Positions 37,002 to 44,427 of a stretch of DNA of 44,427 nucleotides are shown here, piece after piece. Source of the stretch: Planctomycetaceae bacterium (GTDB lineage Bacteria; Planctomycetota; Planctomycetia; Pirellulales; UBA1268); assembly GCA_046094845.1 (NCBI GenBank), contig JBJTIE010000049.1, positions 1 through 44,427 on the forward strand, given 5' to 3'. Position 1 is the stretch's first letter. Each line of letters opens with the position of its first letter. The notes beneath the pieces were generated by a model. That model saw nothing but the letters and a program-made list of their open reading frames with translations. It was not told where the DNA came from and ran no database searches. The position numbers and the translations under genes are program-made.

Positions 37002-37795
37002 CACCCGACATCCCGGCCATCGTGCTCACGTGCCAGAAGTACGTGCCGCTCGCGGAGCACATGATCGATCGCTACGCCGCGGTCTGGCCGGACCATCCCT
37101 TCGTGTTTCGGCTGCCCGACGGGTCGGCCGCCCGCGAGATGGCCCTGCGGCACCCGGACCGCGTGACGCTCGTGCCCACGGCCGAGGGGGAGGGGCGGGG
37201 GCGGTTTCGGGCCGCGGTGCTGGGCCTCCTCGATGGCCTCGCCGACGACGCCTGGATCTATTGGTGCATCGACGACAAGTACGTGACGTGGCTCGATCGG
37301 CGGGCGGCCGACGGCGTCGTGCAGGCGGTGCGGAGCGTGACCGATCCAGGGATCGGCGGACTCTGCTTCGCCCGGGCCCGAAAGCTCTTCGATCCGGCTC
37401 ACATCTCGACCGAGCATCTGCGGATCGGCCGGCAGACGTTCCTCCGACGGCTTTCCTATGCCCAGATCTGGCTCCATCAGTTCCTGCGGGTCCGGGTGCT
37501 GCGAGATCTCTTCACGGGCTTCCCCGAGGTGATCGAGTCGGCGAAGGAGATGGACGCGCTGCACCTGGCGCGAACGCTGCCCGCCGACCAGCGGCTCTAC
37601 GTGCTCGACCACAACGCCGTGGTGTTCGGCGAGAGCACGAGCCGTGGCGTGCTCACGGCCAACTGTGCCGCCAGCCTCCGCCGCGGCCGGGGACTGCCCG
37701 CCGGATCTCCCGTGGGGACGAAACGGCTCGTGGTCGGCCGCAAGCCGGCCCTGATGCACCGCATCGCTCGGGCACTCGGCGGCCTCCGTGCCTGA
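36998..37795 (+). CDS. Hypothetical protein, possible GT-A-like transferase (CIDDKY acidic motif)
   Basis: The ATG overlaps the ST2 stop (ATGA). GC3-rich. No motif was recognised beyond IVLTCQKY...WIYWCIDDKY. Confidence 0.5.
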   Translation: MTPDIPAIVLTCQKYVPLAEHMIDRYAAVWPDHPFVFRLPDGSAAREMALRHPDRVTLVPTAEGEGRGRFRAAVLGLLDGLADDAWIYWCIDDKYVTWLDRRAADGVVQAVRSVTDPGIGGLCFARARKLFDPAHISTEHLRIGRQTFLRRLSYAQIWLHQFLRVRVLRDLFTGFPEVIESAKEMDALHLARTLPADQRLYVLDHNAVVFGESTSRGVLTANCAASLRRGRGLPAGSPVGTKRLVVGRKPALMHRIARALGGLRA

Positions 37796-37800
37796 AGCGA

Positions 37801-38529
37801 TCAGGTCCGCAGCCGGTCGAGCCGCTCCGCGATCGCCTCCGGGCTCGCTCCGCCCCAGAGTCGGTGCCATGCCCTCGCCAGCCGATATCCCAGCGAATGC
37901 GCGGCCCGGCTGCGGCGCATCCGGGGATCACGGCGGTCGACCAGCGGGCAGCCCACGAACCGCTCCAGTCGCGCAAGCTCGGCCGGGTCGGTCATCAGCT
38001 TCGCGTAGTCGATCACGATGAAGGGCTGCGTCGTGCGGTCGAGCGCGGCGAGGATGGCCGCGTTGGATTCGCACCACCGTGCGAGGCAGTGGCGGAAGAC
38101 GGTCAGCCGGCGGCGGCCCGCCGTCGCAGCCCGGTAGTGGGCCCAGGCCTCCTCCGGCCGGCGGAACACGGCGACGATTCGGTGTGCCGGCAGTTCCCCG
38201 GCCCACAGGTCGTAGGTGAGGCAGGTGCGCGGATCCTTGAATCCCCAGTCCGGATGCCGAGCCGAGCAGGCCACGATCACCCCCCGCATCCGCGCCCGTT
38301 CGGCCTCACCGAATCGTCGGACGCGGCCGGATGTCTCGAGGCTGAAGGCGTTGGCCGAGCCGAGGATCGCGTGGTTCACCTGCTTGGTCGAGTCACGTTC
38401 CCACTTGTTGCCGGCGTCGTATCCCGCGGCGGCATCGGCGGCCTCCACCATGTCGATGCCGGCATGGTGGAGCAGCTCCGACACGAGCGTGGTGCCGGAT
38501 TTGTGCATGCCGAGCACGACGTGAATCAT
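37801..38529 (-). CDS. Sulfotransferase-domain protein (ST3)
   Basis: Canonical PAPS loop VVLGMHKSGTTLVSELL at the N-terminus and IVAVFRRPEEAWAHY as a 3'-PB-like motif. An alternative start lies at 38544. Confidence 0.75.
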   Translation of the reverse strand: MIHVVLGMHKSGTTLVSELLHHAGIDMVEAADAAAGYDAGNKWERDSTKQVNHAILGSANAFSLETSGRVRRFGEAERARMRGVIVACSARHPDWGFKDPRTCLTYDLWAGELPAHRIVAVFRRPEEAWAHYRAATAGRRRLTVFRHCLARWCESNAAILAALDRTTQPFIVIDYAKLMTDPAELARLERFVGCPLVDRRDPRMRRSRAAHSLGYRLARAWHRLWGGASPEAIAERLDRLRT

Positions 38530-38775
38530 CGTCGGTGGCTCCATGGCAGGCCCCAGCCGCTGGAGCCGACCTGGTTCCGGTTGGGGCGCATGACTTTCCA
38601 GGCACGCAGGAAAATGGGGCAACCGGCGAGAGATACCAAAACTCGGGTGGGGAGGGCGAGATCAGTTGCCGGGGCGAAGGAAACGAGGCGGGCAAACCGG
38701 AATTGCCCCCGATGCCGTCCGGCGGTAGCGTCCGTCTGCTTCACCCCGACCCCCCGGCGCGCCAGCACTCGTCCC

Positions 38776-39894
38776 GTGACTCCGCCCACCCAAACATCCG
38801 TCGCCGGCCGCCCATTCGACGTGATCACGGTGCCGGATTTCTCCGGCAAGGACGACACCGTGTTCGAGGCCCGCACGCTCGTGTTCCTGTCGAGCTGGCT
38901 GGAGAACGCGGCCGTGAGCCGGTCGTTCCCGCTGCACCTGGCCTGCATCGGCGCGCCGCCACCGAGCGTCCGCCGGCTCGCCGCCCGCTGCGACGCCAGG
39001 ATCACGATCCACGAGCCGCTCCGGCTCCGTCACGACCATCATGTCGGCAACAAGTTTCGGGGGCTCGAAATCGAGCCGGAGACCGACCGCTTCCTGCTCC
39101 TCGACGTGGATACCGCAATTCTCTCCGACCTCGCGCCGCTCGCCGCCTTCGGCGACTGCCTGGCAGCCTGCCCCGACGACGCGCCGAACGTGGCCCGCAA
39201 GGACTGGGAGACGATCTACGCCACCTTCGGTCTCCCGCTCCCGCCCCCGATCCCGCCGCTCGTGTGCGAGCTCGATCTGCCACGGCACCCGCGGCGGATG
39301 ATGGGCTTCGAGGCCGGCGACGACCAGGTCGAGTCGATGCTCCCCTACTACAACGGCGGCGTCGTCTTCGCGCCGTGGGCCTGCGGCCTCCGGGAGCGGT
39401 GGCAGGAGAACATCCTGCGGATCGCCTCCCTTTACGACGAGCGGCACGAGACCCGCAAGTGGATTCATCACAGCGATCAGGCCGCACTGGCCGTCACGAT
39501 CCAGATGCTCGCGGCGGAGGGCTGGGCGTTCCGGCGGCTGCCCGACGCGTTCAACGCCCGTTGGCAGCACCTCTATGCCGGCCGACCCGACCACCGCGAT
39601 ATCGCGGTGATGCACTGCTGCTGGAACTTTCTTTCGGCGATCGAACAGGTGCCGGTGACGGCCGACACGATCGGCGCGGCACTCGAGCGGTTCTTTCTGC
39701 GCAAGGTGAAGCACCGATTCCAGCGGCTCGTGTTCGGTGACCTCCTCCGGCTGCGGCCTCGGCAGGCGTGGCGGAGGTACCACGGCGGAATGGCCCGGGC
39801 CGAGACGCTCTGTCGGCAGCTCGAGCAGTTGTGTCGCGGGCATCTCGCGCGAGCCGCGGCCGAATGCGACCCGTCGGTCGGAGCCGCCGCCTGA
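38776..39894 (+). CDS. GT8-like (GT-A fold, DxD) glycosyltransferase
   Basis: FLLLDVDTAIL (DxD), YYNGGVVFAP, HHSDQAALAV (GT8 DQD-like block). It is the C-terminal part of the artefactual 1050-aa ORF. A GTG start at 38776 was chosen because 38600-38775 looks non-coding. Confidence 0.65.
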   Translation: MTPPTQTSVAGRPFDVITVPDFSGKDDTVFEARTLVFLSSWLENAAVSRSFPLHLACIGAPPPSVRRLAARCDARITIHEPLRLRHDHHVGNKFRGLEIEPETDRFLLLDVDTAILSDLAPLAAFGDCLAACPDDAPNVARKDWETIYATFGLPLPPPIPPLVCELDLPRHPRRMMGFEAGDDQVESMLPYYNGGVVFAPWACGLRERWQENILRIASLYDERHETRKWIHHSDQAALAVTIQMLAAEGWAFRRLPDAFNARWQHLYAGRPDHRDIAVMHCCWNFLSAIEQVPVTADTIGAALERFFLRKVKHRFQRLVFGDLLRLRPRQAWRRYHGGMARAETLCRQLEQLCRGHLARAAAECDPSVGAAA

Positions 39895-39901
39895 CGGTGG
39901 C

Positions 39902-41023
39902 TCATGCCCGCGGTCTGCGGGCGGTGGCGACGACGGCGCGGTAGGTCTCGACGTATCGCATCGCGACCTGGTGCCAGTCGTGACCGGCAAGGGACTGGGG
40001 GGCGGCGGCCCGCAGCCGGCGGGTGACCGCGGGCTCGTCGAGCAGCCGCTGGATCGCCGCCGCGATCGCCGTGGGTGACTCCGGCCGGCAGAGCAGGCCG
40101 TTGACCTCCGACGTCACCAGTTCGGGGTTGCCCCCGACGTCGGTGGCCACGACGGGCAGCCCGGAGGCCAGGGCCTCGAGGATCACGTTGGCGAACGGCT
40201 CGCGACGCGAGGGACAGACGAAGAGCTCCGCCGACCGATACAGGCTCACCTTGCGGTCGCCCGTGACGGGGCCGAGCAGCCGCACGCGGTCACGAAGCCC
40301 CAGCCGCTCGACCTGGGCCTCGAGCGCGGCCGACTCGCCGCCATCGCCGGCAATCAAGAGATCGACGGCTGGATCGCGGAGCCGGGCGTAGGCGTCGATG
40401 AGCAGGTCGAACCCCTTGTGCCGCACGAGGCTGCCGAGGCCGAGGAGGTAGCGGCGGGGATGGGGAAAGGGCTCGGCCGTGGCAAAGGCCGTGACATCGA
40501 CCCCGTTGTTGATCGTTACGATCCGGTCAGCAGCGACGCCGAGGCCATGAATCACGTCGCGGAGGGCATCGCCTTGGGCGATGATGGCGTCGGCGGCGGT
40601 CAGCGCCCGGGTCATCCGGTGCGCCAGCCGCGGCGTCCGGCGGATCGCCTCGTCGGGCAGCACGTCGGCCCCGTGCGGCCGCACCACGTAGGGAACCCCG
40701 GTCAGTTGCCGGAGCGTCGTGGCCACGTAGGCCTGCGGATAGGCGGCATGGCAGTGCACGACGTCGAAATGGTGGCGGGCATGCAGGGCCAGGAGCCGGG
40801 GCAGAATCGCACGCACCCCGAACCGCTTCGACCACTGCCGGCGGTGCCGGACGACGGGATAGCCGAACTGCCGGTCGTCGAACGGCTCCCGGGCCGGCGG
40901 CGCGACGACGACGGGCCGGTGGCCGAGCCGCACGAGTTGCCGGCAGAGCTGATCGAGCACGGTCTGCGCACCACCGAGCGTGGGCAGACAGACGTCGGTA
41001 TGGAGGCAGATCGAGAGCGACAT
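39902..41023 (-). CDS. Glycosyltransferase family 4 (GT-B)
   Basis: N-terminal PTLGGAQTVLDQLCRQLVRLGH and C-terminal E-x7-E motif (REPFANVILEALASGLPVVATDVGGNPE). Start set at ATG 41023. Confidence 0.88.
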   Translation of the reverse strand: MSLSICLHTDVCLPTLGGAQTVLDQLCRQLVRLGHRPVVVAPPAREPFDDRQFGYPVVRHRRQWSKRFGVRAILPRLLALHARHHFDVVHCHAAYPQAYVATTLRQLTGVPYVVRPHGADVLPDEAIRRTPRLAHRMTRALTAADAIIAQGDALRDVIHGLGVAADRIVTINNGVDVTAFATAEPFPHPRRYLLGLGSLVRHKGFDLLIDAYARLRDPAVDLLIAGDGGESAALEAQVERLGLRDRVRLLGPVTGDRKVSLYRSAELFVCPSRREPFANVILEALASGLPVVATDVGGNPELVTSEVNGLLCRPESPTAIAAAIQRLLDEPAVTRRLRAAAPQSLAGHDWHQVAMRYVETYRAVVATARRPRA

Positions 41024-41045
41024 GGGCTTCAACACTTTGCACCCA

Positions 41046-41232
41046 GTAGGTGCAGACTGGCAGTCTGCACCATACCGCATTGCGCAGATTACCAATGTGC
41101 GGCTACGGGTTTGGAAGCCAGTCACCCTGTAGGTGCAGATTGGTAATCTGCACACGGTGGCCGACCGCAGATGACCAATGTGCGGCTACGGGGCTGGATG
41201 CCTGTTTGTAGGTGCAGATTGGTAATCTGCAC
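41046..41232. repeat. Cluster of family B REP-like elements (three GTAG-GTGCAGAYTGGYARTCTGCAC hairpins alternating with two CAGATKACCAATGTGCGGCTACGG units)
   Basis: GTAG heads at 41046, 41129 and 41208, with 9-bp stem hairpins at 41050-41070, 41133-41153 and 41212-41232. The ~77-bp period fills the divergent GT4/epimerase intergenic region. Confidence 0.65.
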
Positions 41233-41286
41233 ACCGTCGCCTACGCTGTGGCGTCGCGATCATGGCATCGACATGGAGGCGTTGTG

Positions 41287-42243
41287 GTGAAGCGGATACT
41301 GGTCACCGGGGCGGCGGGGTTCATCGGTTCGCACGTGGCGGAGGCGCTGCTCGAGCGGGGCGACGAGGTGGTCGGCCTCGATGAACTCAACGACTATTAC
41401 CCCGTCGCCTACAAGCGTGAAAACCTCACCCTGCTCGGACGCCATCCGCGGTTCTCGTTCGTGGAAGGGGACATCTGCGACGAACGGCTCGTCTCCGAAC
41501 TCTTTGCCGCGTGGCGGTTCACACACCTCGCCCATCTCGCGGCGCGGGCCGGGGTGCGGCCGTCGATCGCCGATCCGTTTCTCTACCAGCGGGCGAACTG
41601 CGACGGCACGCTCACGCTGCTCTCGGCATGCGTCGAAGCGGGCCTCGAGAACGTGGTGATCGCCTCGTCGTCGTCGGTCTATGGCAACTCGCGGGCGATT
41701 CCATTCCGGGAGGACGACTCCGCCACCGACCGGCCGATCTCCCCCTATGCCGCCACGAAGAAGGCGACCGAGGTGATGGCCCACACGTTCCATCACCTGC
41801 ACGGGCTCGCGATCACCGTGATCCGTCCATTTACCGTCTACGGCCCGCGCGGCCGGCCCGACATGGCGCCGTGGCTGTTCGTGGAATCGGCCCTGGCCGG
41901 CCGGCCGATCCGGAAGTTCGGCGACGGCACGACCCGCCGCGACTACACCTACATCGGCGACTTCGCCCGCGGGTTCGTCAACGCGATCGACCGGCCGCTG
42001 GGCTACGAGATCGTGAATCTCGGCAACTCGGCCACCGTCTCGCTCAACGAGGCACTCGACGTGGTGCGAGAGGTGACCGGAAGGGAACTCATGATCGAGC
42101 AGGCGCCGCCTCAGCCGGGCGACGTGGAGATCACCAACGCCGACATCTCGAAGGCCAGCCGGCTGCTCGACTACGACCCGGCGACGTCGTTCAGCGAGGG
42201 GATGGCCCGATTCTGCGACTGGTATCGCGGCTGCCGGCTCTGA
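41287..42243 (+). CDS. NAD-dependent nucleotide-sugar 4-epimerase (UDP-glucuronate 4-epimerase-like, extended SDR)
   Basis: ILVTGAAGFIGSH Rossmann motif and YAATKKATE (YxxxK). DYYPVAYKRENL and RRDYTYIGD blocks are typical of the GlcA/GalA epimerase subgroup. GTG 41284/41287 follows GGAGG. Confidence 0.88.
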   Translation: MKRILVTGAAGFIGSHVAEALLERGDEVVGLDELNDYYPVAYKRENLTLLGRHPRFSFVEGDICDERLVSELFAAWRFTHLAHLAARAGVRPSIADPFLYQRANCDGTLTLLSACVEAGLENVVIASSSSVYGNSRAIPFREDDSATDRPISPYAATKKATEVMAHTFHHLHGLAITVIRPFTVYGPRGRPDMAPWLFVESALAGRPIRKFGDGTTRRDYTYIGDFARGFVNAIDRPLGYEIVNLGNSATVSLNEALDVVREVTGRELMIEQAPPQPGDVEITNADISKASRLLDYDPATSFSEGMARFCDWYRGCRL

Positions 42244-42467
42244 AGGCGGCAACGAAGAAAGTGGGCGATATAGGGTCAGAACAAACTACCCCTTCGTCGG
42301 GAAAACAGCATATCGCGAGCCAGTGCGACGCGAAATGCGACGCGATTCCGGCCGATCGCGTTGATTTGCTCGCCCGCGCTGTGCTCCTCGTGGCGGGCGT
42401 GGCTATTCCTGAGGCATCGCGGGAGGCTGTTCTCCAACGTGTGATCGAGGAACTGGAGCAGGGCTGA

Positions 42468-42488
42468 GAAAGCGGGCCGCCCGCTTCC
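42468..42488. terminator. Weak hairpin between convergent ORFs
   Basis: GAAAGCGGG-CCG-CCCGCTTCC gives a 7-8 bp stem. There is no U-tract. Confidence 0.2.
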
Positions 42489-42518
42489 CGCGACGCCAAC
42501 CAACGGCCTGCGCCGCCG

Positions 42519-42908
42519 TCACGCCGCCTCTCGAATGACGTCCAGGTACGCCCGCCAGACCCGCGAGTAGGCGCAGCCCCAAGCCTCGTCATGGCAGGCC
42601 CGCTCGAAGGCCACGGGGTCGGTATCGGGGGCGTTGATGAGCCTGTCGACGGCGAAGTTCCAGGCCAGTGCATGCGCCCATTCGTGGCAGAGCACCTCGA
42701 CGGCCTGCGGCTCGCCCATGTCGTCGTTGAGAAGGACCACGAACCGCTTATCGCGTCGAAGGCACTGGCCCAGAACGGTTTTGGGGAGCCAGGAAGCCCG
42801 AACGACGACGGGGAGGGCTGGAGGGCATTCCCGTCGAAGGCCCGTCAAAACCGTCTGAAATTCTCGCCAGCCAGAGCGGTTCACGAAACTGCGGCGTGGG
42901 GCAGACAT
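42519..42908 (-). CDS. Small HExxH zinc-metallopeptidase-like protein (SprT/ImmA-like)
   Basis: VEVLCHEWAHALAW contains HExxH and is preceded by the beta-strand-like FVVLLNDD. The start is ambiguous (ATG 42908 or 42995). Confidence 0.5.
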   Translation of the reverse strand: MSAPRRSFVNRSGWREFQTVLTGLRRECPPALPVVVRASWLPKTVLGQCLRRDKRFVVLLNDDMGEPQAVEVLCHEWAHALAWNFAVDRLINAPDTDPVAFERACHDEAWGCAYSRVWRAYLDVIREAA

Positions 42909-43041
42909 CGACGCAGCGTGGGCGTGGCCGGTGTTGGACAAGGATCCGCGATGACAGCAGAGAACGGGCACGGTGGCGGCGCGGTTGTGCTTCATCCGTG
43001 CAGTGTAGCGCCGACGACACTCGCGCGCTACCTTGGAGCAT

Positions 43042-43752
43042 ATGGACACACAGCAACCACCAGCGCGAAACACCGACGCCAACATCCGCAAGGCCGCCGA
43101 GGCGATTGCAGAGGTGTTGGAGATGAAGCAGGAGTTCATTCGCTGCCACGATTCCCTTGCCAACAGGACGTACCGGCTCGTGGAACTCCTCGGTCAGGCG
43201 GAATCGCGGGGGTACCTCCTCGAAGACTCCCTGACGCTCGTGGACACGGTGTATTGGCTGCAGATGATCGACTGGCAGACCAAGTTCTTGTCGATGGTCC
43301 TGAACTTCACGAAGGACCCCAGCCGCAAGACGCTCCGGCCACTGATCGAACTCTACGGCCGTGACCGGGAGCGCATGAAGGTCGAGGTGGAGATCCTTGA
43401 ACGCCAACTGAAGCACCGGCTGGCCATGTTTGCACAGCCCGACGACGCCACGGTTAAGAAGGCCATCACGAAGAACGAGCAGCGCGTGTTGGCCGTCTAC
43501 TTGCACGTCCGCTCGGGCTATCGCGGTATTGATGTAGCCCGGTTCTTCAAGGTGCCCAAGACGACTGCCTACGGGTGGCTCGATTGGTTCAAGATGCTGC
43601 CAGAGGGACTGCAGGCGGGGATTCTGGCGTTCATGGATACACAGGCGCCGATCATGGCCGCGTGTCAGTTGCCCGCGGTCATGCCCAAGCCCATCGCGAA
43701 TTCGGCGGCTTCGGTGGGCGGAAAGCACACCGCGGCAGCACAGCCGGCGTGA
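43042..43752 (+). CDS. Hypothetical protein with C-terminal HTH (sigma-70 region-4/LuxR-like)
   Basis: ITKNEQRVLAVYLHVRSGYRGIDVARFFKVPKTTAYGWL resembles a region-4 type HTH. GGAG lies 4 nt before ATG 43042. GC is lower than in the flanking sequence. Confidence 0.5.
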   Translation: MDTQQPPARNTDANIRKAAEAIAEVLEMKQEFIRCHDSLANRTYRLVELLGQAESRGYLLEDSLTLVDTVYWLQMIDWQTKFLSMVLNFTKDPSRKTLRPLIELYGRDRERMKVEVEILERQLKHRLAMFAQPDDATVKKAITKNEQRVLAVYLHVRSGYRGIDVARFFKVPKTTAYGWLDWFKMLPEGLQAGILAFMDTQAPIMAACQLPAVMPKPIANSAASVGGKHTAAAQPA

Positions 43753-44079
43753 TCAGGGTCTGCAGAGGGTGGGTACGAGTGCGGCCGCCTGCGATTTGCC
43801 GCCCCACGAGAGGTCCGATGTTTTGGGTACATGCTTTTCGGGTGGGGCGTTCTGCAACACCCATCGTCACGCGCGCCATTCAGTGGGATTTCCTGTGTCG
43901 CCGCCCGAATCCATGCCGCGATAGGGCCTGCGACGCGCTAAAATGAGAGGCGTCAGGCAACGAGAACCGCAACGAAACGACAAGGTTTTGGATGGTCTCG
44001 AACATCTGAATCTTCAAAAAGTACGGATTTCCGCCGAGGCGAATGTGCCCCAACAGCCAGCGCATCAAGGAGGATGCCC

Positions 44080-44427
44080 ATGACCAAGCCCCACTCGTTC
44101 GACGACCCCGCAGGCCGCCAACTGCTCGCGGCCATCGGCAAGATCCGGCGCATGACGTCCGGCGACCCGAAATACCACTCCGGACGTAAGAAGAAGGAGT
44201 ACGCGTCGCCCTACTTGGAGTTCTTAGCCAAGATCGAAACCAACGCCCGCCGCATGCCACAGCCCTACGAATTCGACCCCGGGCACGCCGACGGGATCAG
44301 GCACGCGGACCTGGACGCGGGAGAGCAGGTCCTGAGGGAGATGATCTACGAGTGCGAGCGGAGCCTTGAGGGCATCGAGCACGCGAGGCTGGACTTGGAC
44401 GCGCGGGGGTGGGCGAGGGGGATGGTG
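44080..44427 (+). CDS. Hypothetical protein (3' partial, runs off the window)
   Basis: ATG 44080 is preceded by AAGGAGGA. I read 116 codons with no stop up to the window end (MTKPHSFDDPAGRQLLAAIGKIRR...). It is absent from the ORF track, presumably because it has no stop codon. Confidence 0.45.
   Translation, partial: MTKPHSFDDPAGRQLLAAIGKIRRMTSGDPKYHSGRKKKEYASPYLEFLAKIETNARRMPQPYEFDPGHADGIRHADLDAGEQVLREMIYECERSLEGIEHARLDLDARGWARGMV

Noticed and set aside
36742-39894. 1050-aa ORF, the longest plus-strand ORF in the track
   Set aside because: Its N-terminal two thirds are Arg/Pro/Gly-rich nonsense. They overlap better-supported genes in other frames or strands (ST2, the 36998 ORF, ST3 on the minus strand). 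Only the C-terminal ~370 aa (GT8-like) look like real protein. The rest is a high-GC run-on artefact.
41046-41232. Possible CRISPR array (regularly spaced palindromic repeats)
   Set aside because: There are only three repeats. The 'spacers' are themselves repeated (CAGATKACCAATGTGCGGCTACGG twice), and the repeat carries a GTAG head typical of REPs. No cas genes are nearby.
42261-42467. Small plus-strand ORF (GTG start, ...AIPADRVDLLARAVLLVAGVAIPEASREAVLQRVIEELEQG) after the epimerase
   Set aside because: It has no ATG, no SD, weak coding bias and no recognisable motif. It is left unannotated, although it could be a genuine small gene of the lower-GC module.
43880-44260. 126-aa minus-strand ORF in the terminal region
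   Set aside because: It overlaps the well-initiated plus-strand ORF at 44080 (AAGGAGGA-N5-ATG). Its sequence is Arg/Ser/Trp-rich and does not look like protein.

Overview
High-GC chromosomal segment. The gene content points to a Planctomycetota genome: a DUF1559/H-X9-DG prepilin-like protein, a PEP-CTERM protein, a BBP7-like barrel, and oversized LepB and RseP. That taxonomic call is an inference. All family calls come from motifs read in the supplied translations; no database search was run. Most of the window is housekeeping: lpxD-lpxI, ftsH, dxr-rseP, lepA, lepB-lptB, a sigma-70 factor, a sigma-54 activator, transporters and redox enzymes. Four things go beyond ordinary annotation. (1) At 35.1-42.2 kb there is a compact island with three PAPS-type sulfotransferase-like genes, a GT8-like and a GT4 glycosyltransferase, an unknown GT-A-like ORF and a UDP-sugar 4-epimerase. 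This is a candidate pathway for a sulfated glycoconjugate. (2) The window is dense in intergenic repeats. Two families have the REP signature (GTAG head plus palindrome). A ~228-bp composite element occurs twice in full and once as a short variant; its hairpins are kept by 7 compensatory base-pair changes, and several loops carry GGA. (3) A FabF-like ketosynthase has Asp in place of the catalytic Cys. Upstream on the same strand sits a membrane-anchored SNase-type nuclease that is translationally coupled to a small acidic Cys-rich ORF. (4) Regions of atypical composition include a Fic gene, a PEP-CTERM gene with T8/T7/A7 tracts, and a lower-GC HExxH/HTH module at the 3' edge. No tRNA, rRNA, CRISPR array or transposase gene was recognised. 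Many long ORFs in the track are high-GC antisense or run-on artefacts, and several start codons were moved inward accordingly.
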